Assembly (NCBI GenBank): GCA_965261395.1
Contig: OZ253462.1
Coordinates: 1,632,001-1,696,000 of the forward strand
DNA: 64,000 nt
Reading direction: 5' to 3'
DNA from: Candidatus Latescibacterota bacterium
Lineage (GTDB): Bacteria; Latescibacterota; UBA2968; UBA8231
How positions within the stretch are numbered: the first letter of the stretch is position 1; every line of letters begins with the position of its first letter. Made by a program: the position numbers and the translations under genes. This document shows positions 1 to 9,573 of this stretch, piece by piece. The notes under the pieces were generated by a model, which saw nothing but the letters and a program-made list of their open reading frames with translations, was not told the origin of the DNA and made no database searches.

Positions 1-208
1 CCATGCCTCCGGCACAAGTAGCAAGAAAAACCGGCCATATATCCAAGAGGCCGCTCCCCACCAGATAGGCACTAAACACCACCACCGTATCGCCCGGTAT
101 GGGCGGCACGATATTTTCCAAAAAGGCACTAAGCAATAAGAGGCCATACACCCATAGCGGATCGACGCCCGACAGGGCCGCGAGCAGAGATTCCAAATAG
201 GCTGCCAT
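1..208 (-). CDS. DedA family membrane protein (5' part; runs off the window edge)
   Basis: Manual translation from ATG at 208: MAAYLESLLAALSGVDPLWVYGLLLLSAFLENIVPPIPGDTVVVFSAYLVG..., with the DedA-type E-N-x-x-P-P-x-P-G-D motif. Starts 3 nt after the ispDF stop. Confidence 0.8.
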   Translation of the reverse strand, partial: MAAYLESLLAALSGVDPLWVYGLLLLSAFLENIVPPIPGDTVVVFSAYLVGSGLLDIWPVFLATCAGGM

Positions 209-211
209 GTT

Positions 212-1378
212 TTAGAGTGCCAAAAGGGCCACGGCTTGGGCCTCCATACCCTCCTCGCGCCCGACAAACCCCAAGCGCTCGGTCGTCGTGGCCTTGAGCG
301 AAACCTGCCCCACCTCTAGGCCCAAAGTCGCAGCTAGCGTTTGGCGCATCGCTGCTATGTGCGGCGCGAGTTTGGGCCGCTGGGCCGCGACGACGGCGTC
401 GATGTGCAGGACCCGAGCCCCTCGTTCCGCCATCAGAACGCCGACCCGCTCCAGCAGCACCAAGCTCGATATATCCTTGTACTGCGCGTCCGAGTCGGGG
501 AAGAGCTGGCCGATATCCCCAACCGCCAAGGCACCCAATAGCGCGTCGATTATGGCATGTGTCAGCACATCCGCGTCCGAGTGGCCTGCCAACCCCCGCG
601 CAAAGGGTACGACGACTCCACCCAAAATTAGGGGCCGCCCTTCCTCCAAGCGATGCACGTCGTAGCCCTGTCCTATGCGCAAGCCCATAGCAGGCACCTC
701 TTCCCTTTCGCGTACTAGCCACTCGGCCCAAGCCAGATCCTCGGGCGTAGTGAGCTTGCGGTTATCGACCTCGCCGGGCACGACGCAGACCGCGTGCCCT
801 AGCCGCTCGACTAGCGCGGCATCGTCGGTGGCCACCGCGTCGGTCCCGGCCGCGTGATATGCCCTCAGAAGCAGTTCGCGGTCAAAGCCCTGCGGGGTCT
901 GCGCCTGCCACAGCCGCTCGCGGCGCATCGTACCAACGACCCGGCCGGCCGCCACTTCCTTGATCGTATCTACTACTGGTAAAGCGGGCAGCGCCGCTCC
1001 GTGCTCGCGAGTGGCGGCGACCACCCGCTCCAGCAGTTCCTCCGAAATAAACGGCCGCACGGCGTCGTGTACCAAGACCATATTGGCGCGGGTCTCCTGC
1101 AGGCCCCGATACACGGATGCGCTGCGCTCCGCCCCCCCGGGCACGAGAGCGGCAACTTTGGCAAAGCCTCCGCTCGCGCTCAATTGGCCGCGACAATAGT
1201 CCATGTCTTCGCGCCGCACGACCAAGACGATATCGGTCACCAGCGGGCTAGCTTCGAGCCGCGCGAGCACATGCCAGAGTACGGGCCGGCCCCCTAACGG
1301 AAGGTACTGCTTGGGCCGATCTGCTCCCATGCGCTGCCCCCGACCGCCGGCCGGGACGATGGCGGTTATGCATCCCAT
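212..1378 (-). CDS. ispDF: Bifunctional IspD/IspF (MEP cytidylyltransferase / MEcPP synthase)
   Basis: AGGRGQRMG..PKQY, HDAVRP, QTPQGF and KLTTPEDL (IspD), followed by RIGQGYDVH, GHSDADVLTHAIIDALLGA and KATTTERLGFVGREEG (IspF). Confidence 0.97.
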   Translation of the reverse strand: MGCITAIVPAGGRGQRMGADRPKQYLPLGGRPVLWHVLARLEASPLVTDIVLVVRREDMDYCRGQLSASGGFAKVAALVPGGAERSASVYRGLQETRANMVLVHDAVRPFISEELLERVVAATREHGAALPALPVVDTIKEVAAGRVVGTMRRERLWQAQTPQGFDRELLLRAYHAAGTDAVATDDAALVERLGHAVCVVPGEVDNRKLTTPEDLAWAEWLVREREEVPAMGLRIGQGYDVHRLEEGRPLILGGVVVPFARGLAGHSDADVLTHAIIDALLGALAVGDIGQLFPDSDAQYKDISSLVLLERVGVLMAERGARVLHIDAVVAAQRPKLAPHIAAMRQTLAATLGLEVGQVSLKATTTERLGFVGREEGMEAQAVALLAL

Positions 1379-1382
1379 AGCG

Positions 1383-2411
1383 TCACACGATCATCATAGC
1401 ATCGCCGTAACTATAAAAGCGATAGCCTCGCTCTATAGCCTCGCGATAGGCGGCAAAAAGCCGTTCCCGCCCGACGAAGGCCGCCACGAGCAACAACAGG
1501 CTCGAGCGCGGCAAATGAAAGTTGGTCACCAGCCTATCGACCGCTTTGAATCCGTAGGGCGGATAGATAAACGCATCCGCAAATTTCCCGCCGACACACA
1601 CATTGCCCTCGGCATCGACGCTCGACTCCAAGGTCCGTACCACGGTAGTACCAACGGCGACGATACGCCCACCAGCCGCGCGGCAACGCCTAAGTGCGGC
1701 CGCCACCGGCTCGTCGATTTCGCAGTATTCGGGTTCGAGCACATGCTGGCGCGGATCTGTGCAGCGCACCGGCTCGAACGTGCCCGGCCCCACGTGCAAG
1801 AGCACTTTTAGGACTTCCACGCCTTTGGCAGCGATCGCAGCAATTAACTGAGGGGTAAAGTGCAGGCCAGCCGTGGGCGCGGCAACAGCCCCCGGACGCG
1901 CCGCATAGATGGTCTGATAGCGCTCCCGGTCCGCGGCCTCGGGCGGACGTCGAATATAGGGAGGCAGCGGTATTTCCCCGATCTCTTCCAGCCGCGCCAG
2001 CACGTCCTCGACGGCAAAGCGCACGCGAAACCGTCCCGGCGCAACCTGCTCGACGATGTGCGCTTCCACCGCTCCGTCACCAAACTCCAACCGCGTCTTT
2101 GGTTTTAGTCCCCGCCCAGGCCGCCCCATAGCCAGCCAATCGCTCGCAGTCAGCGGCCTGAGCAGCAGCAATTCAACCCGGCCTCCGGTAGCGGACTTAC
2201 GGCCCCTGAGCCGAGCCGGCACGACCTGTGTTTGATTCAATACTAGGGTGTCACCGGGCGCGAGCTGATCAACGATGGCGCTAAAGTGCAGGTGCTGCAA
2301 TGAGCCATCCGCCCGATTCAAGAGCAAGAGGCGCGCTTGATCACGCTCGGGCGGCGGGCGTTGGGCAATCAGGGCATCGGGCAGGTCGAAATCGTAGTCC
2401 ACCAGTTGCAT
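1383..2411 (-). CDS. queA: tRNA preQ1 S-adenosylmethionine ribosyltransferase-isomerase
   Basis: DYDFDLPDALIAQRP, PLPPYI, YQTIYA, AAPTAGLHF, HVGPGTF, TNFHLPRS, YRFYSYGDAM. Start taken at MQLVDY (2411). Confidence 0.97.
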   Translation of the reverse strand: MQLVDYDFDLPDALIAQRPPPERDQARLLLLNRADGSLQHLHFSAIVDQLAPGDTLVLNQTQVVPARLRGRKSATGGRVELLLLRPLTASDWLAMGRPGRGLKPKTRLEFGDGAVEAHIVEQVAPGRFRVRFAVEDVLARLEEIGEIPLPPYIRRPPEAADRERYQTIYAARPGAVAAPTAGLHFTPQLIAAIAAKGVEVLKVLLHVGPGTFEPVRCTDPRQHVLEPEYCEIDEPVAAALRRCRAAGGRIVAVGTTVVRTLESSVDAEGNVCVGGKFADAFIYPPYGFKAVDRLVTNFHLPRSSLLLLVAAFVGRERLFAAYREAIERGYRFYSYGDAMMIV

Positions 2412-2425
2412 CGAGCAGTGCCCAC

Positions 2426-3133
2426 CTATCCCCGAGACCGCGTAGGACGCCACCGCGCATAGCGGAAAATGGTCCAGAGAATTTTGTATCCGGCCCGCAG
2501 CGTGCCGCTGAGCGTGCCGGTGATCTTGGAGGTGCCGATGCGACGGCGGTAGCGCACGGGCACTTCGGCTGAGCGCAGGCCCAGCCGAGCGGCTTTGACC
2601 TGCATCTCCGCGGTCCAGCCAAAGTTGCGGTCCTGCATCTCCAGCCGCACGAGCGCGTCGTAGCGCAAGGCGCGAAAAGGTCCCAAATCCGTAAAAGTGA
2701 CGCCGAACAACAGGCGAATTAAGAAAGTGGCCAACCAGTTGCCAAAACGAGCTTGGGGCAAGAGCGCACCCTTTTCTCGCTGGCCTAAGACCCGCGAGCC
2801 AATGACCATATCGGCGCGGTCGGTGACGAGCGGGTTTACTAAGGCTGTCATATCCTCGGGGTAATCGCTGTAGTCGCCGTCGAGGAAGACGACGATATCC
2901 GGGCCATCGAGCTGGGCCATGCCCGCCAGACAGGCTTGGCCGTAGCCGCGGCGCGGCTCGCCGACGACGTGAGCACCCAAGCGACGGGCCACTTCGGCGG
3001 TGCGGTCGCCTGAGCCATTATCGACGACGATGATCTGCTGTGCAATGTCCGGAATGTCTTGCAGCACCTTGCCGATAGCTTCTTCTTCGTCGCAGGCGGG
3101 GATGACGACGGCAATGGCCGGAGGTGAGTCCAT
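2426..3133 (-). CDS. Glycosyltransferase family 2
   Basis: VVIPACDEE, VVDNGSGDRT, GYGQAC, FLDGD, TDLGPFRA. Start taken at MDSPP (3133). Confidence 0.9.
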   Translation of the reverse strand: MDSPPAIAVVIPACDEEEAIGKVLQDIPDIAQQIIVVDNGSGDRTAEVARRLGAHVVGEPRRGYGQACLAGMAQLDGPDIVVFLDGDYSDYPEDMTALVNPLVTDRADMVIGSRVLGQREKGALLPQARFGNWLATFLIRLLFGVTFTDLGPFRALRYDALVRLEMQDRNFGWTAEMQVKAARLGLRSAEVPVRYRRRIGTSKITGTLSGTLRAGYKILWTIFRYARWRPTRSRG

Positions 3134-3161
3134 GCGCTGGGCACCGCAGGTAGAGTCTATA

Positions 3162-3992
3162 CTAGAGGTTTTCCTCCAACCAGAGGAAGAACAGATCCTG
3201 CGCCTCGGCCACATTGTCGAGCAAGGCAAAACCGTGGTCCGCCGAGTCTGGAAAAACGCGCACATCTTTTGGCTCGGCCGTCTGCGCCTCTAGGCTGCGG
3301 GCGAACTCCGCATAGCTGAGAATGACATTCCCAGCCTCAATTTGATCCTGATCGCCCGCCATAAAGAGCATGGACCGCGGGCCAAACGGTTCGAGGCCGG
3401 CCCCGATGACCAACGGCTCTAGCGAAGCGGCCCCCCACAGCCCGGGCGAGAGGGAGACGCCGGTTTTTATGAGTTCGGGCATTCTTCCCGAACTCACGTA
3501 GGCCACATTACCCCCCGAGCCAGTGCCCACTACCGCGATGCGGCTGACATTGACCTTAGACTGGCTCTGCAGCCAGACCAGCGCGGCATGGACATCGAGA
3601 AAGCTCAGTTCCAGATCGATCAATTCTAAGACCTGCCGAGCATCGGGCAGCGGGGTTTGACCGTGCCCGCGCATGTCGATGGCCAAGGCGGCGTAGCCGC
3701 GCTCGAGCAAGGCCACGTACGTGCCGGTGTCGTTCAACCAGTTGGATTTGTTCCCACCCAGATCGTGCAGGAGGATCACCACCGGCAGCAATTCGTCGGC
3801 CTGCGCCGTGCCAAAAAGCGCGCTCACCTCGACGCTGTCGATGGACGAGAAGCTAACTGCTGAAATGGGATAGGCACGGCCCGGTCCCTGGGGCAACTCG
3901 GGACCGACGATCCGTAGCTCCTCCTCCGAGTCGCTGCACCCCACGACCCCAACGGCGAGTACCCAAACCCACCTGCACAGTATCTTGCTCAT
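3162..3992 (-). CDS. Alpha/beta-hydrolase-fold lipoprotein
   Basis: Lipobox-like VVGC after a hydrophobic stretch; VILLHDLGG, AIDMRGHG, elbow VVGTGSGG, C-terminal DHG. Confidence 0.8.
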   Translation of the reverse strand: MSKILCRWVWVLAVGVVGCSDSEEELRIVGPELPQGPGRAYPISAVSFSSIDSVEVSALFGTAQADELLPVVILLHDLGGNKSNWLNDTGTYVALLERGYAALAIDMRGHGQTPLPDARQVLELIDLELSFLDVHAALVWLQSQSKVNVSRIAVVGTGSGGNVAYVSSGRMPELIKTGVSLSPGLWGAASLEPLVIGAGLEPFGPRSMLFMAGDQDQIEAGNVILSYAEFARSLEAQTAEPKDVRVFPDSADHGFALLDNVAEAQDLFFLWLEENL

Positions 3993-4111
3993 AAGATCAT
4001 ATCCTCGCCCAAAAGCACGTTGCGCGCTCCTTCAATTGGCAGCGCTCCTAATTTTCGTAACTCCTTGAGTTTGAATAAACAATCTCACTCTCTAGCTGTC
4101 AACTTGACGCC

Positions 4112-4140
4112 TTGACGGCAAAATTCTTTTGCCGTATGCT
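4112..4140 (+). promoter_or_regulatory. Sigma70-type promoter with an internal perfect inverted repeat
   Basis: TTGACG (4112-4117), 17 nt, TATGCT (4135-4140). ACGGCAAAA-TTC-TTTTGCCGT at 4115-4135 overlaps it. Confidence 0.6.
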
Positions 4141-4148
4141 GCCGCTTT

Positions 4149-5855
4149 ATGATCCGCGTCGAAAAACTCAGCCTTAGCTATCGCGGGGGTCTAGCCGCCT
4201 TGTGCTCCATTGATCTCCATATCAACCCCGGGGAAGACATCGCCCTCATCGGTGCCAATGGCTCGGGCAAAACCACCCTCGCTCGCTGCTTAAATGGACT
4301 ACAACAGCCCCAAGAGGGCCGGGTCCTCGTCGATGGTATGGATGCCAGCAATCCGGCTCAACTCCGCTCCATTCGCCAGCTAGTCGGCATGGTCTTGCAA
4401 AACCCAGACGATCAGCTAGTCGGCACCACGGTCGCCGACGAATTGGCCTTTGGCTTGGAAAACCTAGCCCTAGCCAGCGATGAGATCTGCCACCGTGTCG
4501 AAGAAACGCTCGCCGTTTTTGACCTCGAAGCCTATCGCCGCTATCCGCCGCACCGGCTCTCCGGGGGTGAGAAGCAGCGCGTGGCCATTGCCGCAGTGGT
4601 GGCGATGCGACCGCGCTATCTGGTCTTGGACGAATCGACGGCCCTGCTCGACCCCGCCGAAAGACAGCAAGTGGCCGAGCTGCTCCATCGGCTGCGCACC
4701 ACTCACGGCATCGCGACGATACTTATAACCCAGTCCCCGGAAGAAGCCGCTCGCGCCGACCGCGTTATCATCCTCCACGCGGGCCGGGTCCATACAGACG
4801 GCCCCCCTGCCGCGCTTTTTGCCGACTCGCCCAAGCTCCGCACCCTCGGCCTCGACCTCCCCTTTGCAAGTACCCTTGCCGCTCACTTGTCCCTGGCCGA
4901 GACCCACTTGGGATTAGACACCTTGTCCGACGCGTTAGCCGTGCTAAAACCCGAGCCGTCCCTACCGCCTTGGACTCCGCCCGCTCCGCTGTCGCCAGCC
5001 CCGAGCAAACTAGCGGCTGAAGAGCTGACGTACCTTTACGACGAACATCTGCCCTCTCAGCGTCGCGGCATCCGCGACATTACCATGGACGTCCCCATCG
5101 GTGCCGTACTGGCCCTCGTAGGTACCAATGGCTCGGGCAAGACCACCCTCGCCCAGCACTTCAACGCCCTGCTCAAACCCTCGCGCGGGCGCGTGCTCCT
5201 CGACAACTGCGACATCGGCTCCCAACCCCCAGCTCGCGTGCGCCAACGCGTCGGCTTGGCCTTCCAGTTTCCCGAACTCCAGCTCTTCGCCGAAACCGTG
5301 GCCGAGGATGTGGCCTTTGGGCCGCGCAGCCTCGGCTTTGCTCCCGAGCGCGTCGATTCCCTCGTGGCGCGCGCACTCGCCTTGGTGGACATGCCGCTGG
5401 AAGAATTCGGGCCGCGCCAGCCCCTCTCGTTGAGCGGGGGCGAAAGGCGTCGCGCCGCACTCGCCGGCGTCCTCGCCATGGACCCAGAGGTCTTAGTACT
5501 CGACGAGCCGACCGCTGGCCTCGACCCTCGGACTACGGCCCGCTTGTGCCAGCTCTTCGCCGAGCTGAGTGGCCAAGGACGCACCCTCGTACTGATTAGC
5601 CACGATATGGAGATAGTCGGCCGCCTAGCCACCCACGTAGCGGTCCTGCGCCAAGGACGCATCGAGCTACAAGGGTCGGCCCGCGCCGTGCTCGCCCATC
5701 CCGAATTCGAGTCTATTAGTAGGCTTATGCCGCCGATGTCCGTGCAGTTGGTCCACCGCCTGCGACAACGAGGTTTAGCTCTAGCTGGCGACCCATTGAC
5801 TCTAGAAGAAACCATCCATTGGCTCGCTCCACTCCTCGCCCTTGCCCATGTCTAA
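4149..5855 (+). CDS. ECF-transporter ATPase, fused EcfA-EcfA' (two ABC domains)
   Basis: Two Walker A motifs (GANGSGKTT, GTNGSGKTT), two LSGGE signatures, QNPDDQL and FQFPELQLF motifs typical of EcfA1/EcfA2. Confidence 0.9.
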   Translation: MIRVEKLSLSYRGGLAALCSIDLHINPGEDIALIGANGSGKTTLARCLNGLQQPQEGRVLVDGMDASNPAQLRSIRQLVGMVLQNPDDQLVGTTVADELAFGLENLALASDEICHRVEETLAVFDLEAYRRYPPHRLSGGEKQRVAIAAVVAMRPRYLVLDESTALLDPAERQQVAELLHRLRTTHGIATILITQSPEEAARADRVIILHAGRVHTDGPPAALFADSPKLRTLGLDLPFASTLAAHLSLAETHLGLDTLSDALAVLKPEPSLPPWTPPAPLSPAPSKLAAEELTYLYDEHLPSQRRGIRDITMDVPIGAVLALVGTNGSGKTTLAQHFNALLKPSRGRVLLDNCDIGSQPPARVRQRVGLAFQFPELQLFAETVAEDVAFGPRSLGFAPERVDSLVARALALVDMPLEEFGPRQPLSLSGGERRRAALAGVLAMDPEVLVLDEPTAGLDPRTTARLCQLFAELSGQGRTLVLISHDMEIVGRLATHVAVLRQGRIELQGSARAVLAHPEFESISRLMPPMSVQLVHRLRQRGLALAGDPLTLEETIHWLAPLLALAHV

Positions 5856-7146
5856 ATTTTCTGCCGACTTGCTCGTCCGCCAAGGCCGCCTCATCGACCC
5901 GGCCAACGGCACCGATTCCCTAGGAGACATCCTCATCCGCCAAGGGAAAATAGTCCAATCGGGCCCGAGCCTCCCGACCCCTCCAGACGTGCCCGTCCTG
6001 ACGGCCACCGGCTTGGTCGTTGCCCCGGGTTTTATCGACATTCACACCCACCTCCGCGAACCGGGCTACGAACACAAGGAGACGATTCAGAGCGGCACCG
6101 CGGCGGCGGCGGCCGGCGGCATCTGTGCAGTGGCCGCCATGCCCAATACCAACCCTCCCCTCGACAGCAGCGACCACTTGCGGTTAGCGCTGGAGCGAGC
6201 GCAGACGGCCGCGGTGCGCTACTATCCAATCGCCTGTGTGACAGTGGGCCGCCAAGGCCGCGGCTCGCTCGCTCCTCTCGCGGAATTGGCTGAATTAGGC
6301 GCGGTGGCCTTTTCCGACGACGGCGACCCGGTCGAAGACGAGGTTTTGATGCGGCGCGCCCTCGAAATCGCCCGCGACCTCGACCGACCCATCTTCCCCC
6401 ACGAAGAGGTCAAGTCGCTTACGGCCGGCGGCTGTATGCACGCAGGAGAAGTGGCGGCGCGCCTCGGCGTCAAGGGTATGTCAGCAGCAGGTGAGGAGGA
6501 AATGGTCGCCCGCGATATAGAACTCGTCCGCCAGACCGGCGGCCCTTTGCACATCGCCCATATCAGCACAGCTGGCACCGCGCAGTTGGTCCGACACGCC
6601 AAGGCCGATGGCCTACCCGTGACCTGCGAAGTGCTGCCCCACCACTTCGTACTCACCGACCGCGAGGTTGAGCGCCAAGGCACGGCCGCTAAGATGAGCC
6701 CTCCGCTACGCGAGGCCGCCGATGTCGAGGCCATGCTGGCGGGTCTAGCCGATGGCACCATAGAGGTCATCGCGACCGACCATGCGCCACATACAGCCGC
6801 GGAAAAAGCCCAATCCCTAACCCAAGCCCCTATGGGTATTGTCGGCCTAGAGACGGCCGTCGGTCTCACCTTGACCTATTTGGTGGACCGCGTTTTGCCC
6901 CTGTACGAGGCCATCGCTCGCTGGACTTGCCACCCGGCGCGCATCTTACGTCTGCCTGGAGGCGCACTCACCCCGGGGATGCCCGGGGATCTAACCATCC
7001 TCGACCTAACGCGTGAATGGGAGGTAGTCCCCGCGCGCTTCCGCTCCAAATCGCAGAACACGCCCTTTGCCGGTTACCGCCTAGAGGGCAAAGCTGTGGC
7101 CACCATCGTCGGCGGCCAGATCGTCTATAGCGAGTTAGCCCCTTAG
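5848..7146 (+). CDS. pyrC: Dihydroorotase
   Basis: DIHTHLREPG, AMPNTNP, FSDDG, HIAHIST, KMSPPLR, ATDHAPH, SKSQNTPF. Confidence 0.95.
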   Translation: MSKFSADLLVRQGRLIDPANGTDSLGDILIRQGKIVQSGPSLPTPPDVPVLTATGLVVAPGFIDIHTHLREPGYEHKETIQSGTAAAAAGGICAVAAMPNTNPPLDSSDHLRLALERAQTAAVRYYPIACVTVGRQGRGSLAPLAELAELGAVAFSDDGDPVEDEVLMRRALEIARDLDRPIFPHEEVKSLTAGGCMHAGEVAARLGVKGMSAAGEEEMVARDIELVRQTGGPLHIAHISTAGTAQLVRHAKADGLPVTCEVLPHHFVLTDREVERQGTAAKMSPPLREAADVEAMLAGLADGTIEVIATDHAPHTAAEKAQSLTQAPMGIVGLETAVGLTLTYLVDRVLPLYEAIARWTCHPARILRLPGGALTPGMPGDLTILDLTREWEVVPARFRSKSQNTPFAGYRLEGKAVATIVGGQIVYSELAP

Positions 7147-8489
7147 TCGAGGAGCTTGAACGCGTCCGGCCAATGCTCAATCACCGCGCCGTCTGCGCTC
7201 AGCCACACGGCGATCACGTCGAAGCGGCAGACCGTATCGGCCGCGGCGCGGTATTGGATATAGTGCTGGGCGGCCCGCGTCAGACGCTGCCGCTTGGCGC
7301 GATCCACCCTTTGTTCGGGCCGGGACGCGCGCTGGCTGGCCTTTACCTCGACAAAGACCAACTCGCCCCTCTCTTCGGCCACCAAGTCGATCTCGCCCCC
7401 AGCGGCGCGATAGCGGCGCGCCCGGATCCGATAGCCCCGTTCTTCCAGATAAGTCTCGGCTTCCGCTTCACCCCGCCGCCCGGTGTCTCCCAGCTTGTCG
7501 CGCTGCTCCCGATAGGCTCCTCTCAGGGCCGCTAGCTCGTCGGCCGTTAACTCGGCGGCGGCCTCTTTGACCAACTGTCCCAACCTGTCTAGCTCGGCAA
7601 GGTTCGCGCAGTCGTATATGCCCTCCTCAAAACGGAGGAACAGTTCCGAACGTGGCTCGGCGACTAGCGCGGCCACCGGGCCGAAACTGCGGCGGTGCAG
7701 CGGGCAAGGGCCATGGGCATTAAGCGCGGCTAAGTGCGCGGCACTGCCGTAGCCCTTGTGCGCGGCAAACCCGTATTCGGGATAGCGGATGTCGCATTCG
7801 CACATCAGACGGTCGCGATGTACTTTGGCCACGATCGAGGCCGCGGCAATCGACAACGAGCGGGCGTCTCCGTCAATAATGGCTTGTTCGGGATAGGGAC
7901 TGCGCGCCGGCAGGTGACCGTCAATCAGCACCCGGTCGGGTGGAGTGTGCAAATTCTCCAACGCCAAGCGCATGGCCTTGAGCGAAGCCTGCAGGATGTT
8001 CAACCTGTCAATCTCGTCAGCCTCGACCTGCCCTATCCCCACGGCTAGAGCCTGGGCCATGATCTCTTCGTACAGGACTTCGCGCTGGGTCCGCGACAGC
8101 TTCTTGGAATCGTCGATCTTGGCGATGACACAGTCCGGCGACAAGACGACGGCGGCGGCCACCACGGGCCCCGCCAAGCAGCCGCGCCCGGCCTCATCGA
8201 CGCCAGCCACCCGACTCACTCCCTGTGCCCAGAGATGCCGTTCAAAGTGCAGCAGCCGCTCGCGCCGCTGGGTCTCCGCCTGCTCCCGCGTATCGCGCCG
8301 CCGACGCTCGACCACCAAGCGCCGGACGCCGACGCGGCGATCCTTTTCGAGCAAGGCCCAGCCCGGATCGCCGCTTTCCCACTCCGCCACTTGTGCGCGT
8401 ATCTGGGCGATCGTCATTTCGGAGAGCTCGACCGCGGCGTCCCCTTCGCAGGAACGGTTCATACCGGCAGACGTCTCATCTATTGACAT
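7143..8489 (-). CDS. rnhB: Ribonuclease HII fused to a C-terminal YraN (UPF0102) domain; true start may be downstream (e.g. 8417)
   Basis: GVDEAGRG, DDSKK, AASIVAKVHRD, HKGYG, HRRSF; then GRRGE..A..YL..RGY, GEIDLVA, LVFVEVK, RFDV in one frame. Confidence 0.92.
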   Translation of the reverse strand: MSIDETSAGMNRSCEGDAAVELSEMTIAQIRAQVAEWESGDPGWALLEKDRRVGVRRLVVERRRRDTREQAETQRRERLLHFERHLWAQGVSRVAGVDEAGRGCLAGPVVAAAVVLSPDCVIAKIDDSKKLSRTQREVLYEEIMAQALAVGIGQVEADEIDRLNILQASLKAMRLALENLHTPPDRVLIDGHLPARSPYPEQAIIDGDARSLSIAAASIVAKVHRDRLMCECDIRYPEYGFAAHKGYGSAAHLAALNAHGPCPLHRRSFGPVAALVAEPRSELFLRFEEGIYDCANLAELDRLGQLVKEAAAELTADELAALRGAYREQRDKLGDTGRRGEAEAETYLEERGYRIRARRYRAAGGEIDLVAEERGELVFVEVKASQRASRPEQRVDRAKRQRLTRAAQHYIQYRAAADTVCRFDVIAVWLSADGAVIEHWPDAFKLLD

Positions 8490-8510
8490 TAGGTATCGAC
8501 CTCGTATATT
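8483..8510 (+). promoter_or_regulatory. Putative sigma70 promoter of the 8540 gene
   Basis: TTGACA (8483-8488), 16 nt, TATATT (8505-8510); GAGGAG RBS precedes the ATG at 8540. Confidence 0.5.
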
Positions 8511-8539
8511 TGCGAAAAGCCACCAAGAGGAGCCTTAAC

Positions 8540-9121
8540 ATGAAGCGCTACACGGCGTTAGTTGCCTGCTTGTGCCTCGTTCTGCAGCCCGTCATGGCCC
8601 TCGCCGAGACGGAATCGGATATCGTTGGGGCAGACACCCGACTCTACCTAGCCGATGGCAGCTTGGTGGAAGGCAATCTGATCGAAAAGGCCCAAGATCT
8701 GGTCATCCTGCGCGTCAACGACAAGATCTTCACTTTCGACAAAACCGAAATCGACAAGATCATCACCCTCGAATCGCTGGGCGGGGGTGCCCAAACGATC
8801 TCGGTGACCGAGTTCCCCTATATCAGTTTTCTCGGGGGATCCCTTGCCTTTAGCCTGCTCTCTTGGCTGCAATTCGACCGCGCTTCCGACAACGAAGCCG
8901 AAGCGGCCCTCAACCGCGAACACGGCCAGGCAGCTCGCGCCCAAAAGCTCGACGATAAAGCCGATCGCGCCCGCCTCTACGGTTGGTCCACAACCGTGCT
9001 CGCCGCCGGCAGCTTCGGGATCGCCCTAATCCCGCGCAAAACCACCCGCCGCGTCTTTCCCGAACTCAGTTTCCGCGACGGCGAGCCGCGCATCGGCGTA
9101 TCCTACGTCTATTCGTTCTGA
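8540..9121 (+). CDS. Exported/membrane hypothetical protein
   Basis: RBS plus signal peptide [22 protein letters not shown]; small beta domain ([11 protein letters not shown]) and two hydrophobic segments. Confidence 0.75.
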   Translation: MKRYTALVACLCLVLQPVMALAETESDIVGADTRLYLADGSLVEGNLIEKAQDLVILRVNDKIFTFDKTEIDKIITLESLGGGAQTISVTEFPYISFLGGSLAFSLLSWLQFDRASDNEAEAALNREHGQAARAQKLDDKADRARLYGWSTTVLAAGSFGIALIPRKTTRRVFPELSFRDGEPRIGVSYVYSF

Positions 9122-9573
9122 GAGCCTTCCGCACCCCTCAGGTGATGCACCAAAGCCTCTAGCCCGAGCACGTAGCTAAAACTGCCAAAACCCGCGATTT
9201 GCCCCAAGCAAACGGGCGCGATGACCGAGTGCTGGCGAAACGCTTCCCGGGCGTGGACATTGGACAGATGTACCTCAACGGTCGGCAACCCCTTGGCCGC
9301 CACGGCGTCGCGCAGGGCAAGGCTATAGTGGGTGAAGGCCCCTGGATTGAACAACAGGCCCTGCTCTTGGGATTGGTGCAGAGCGTCGATTAGTGCGCCC
9401 TCGCAATTGGATTGGTGGCAGCGCACCTGCACCCCGAGCCGCTGCGCGTGGTCGGCGATCAGCGCGTTGATCGCGGCCAAGGTCTCCCGACCATATACCT
9501 CGGGCTCGCGCGTTCCCAGCAAGTTGAGATTGGGTCCGTGTAGGACTAGGATGCTAGTCAAGTTGACCTCCAC
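9109..9573 (-). CDS. aroQ: Type II 3-dehydroquinate dehydratase
   Basis: [40 protein letters not shown]. Confidence 0.97.
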   Translation of the reverse strand: MEVNLTSILVLHGPNLNLLGTREPEVYGRETLAAINALIADHAQRLGVQVRCHQSNCEGALIDALHQSQEQGLLFNPGAFTHYSLALRDAVAAKGLPTVEVHLSNVHAREAFRQHSVIAPVCLGQIAGFGSFSYVLGLEALVHHLRGAEGSQNE

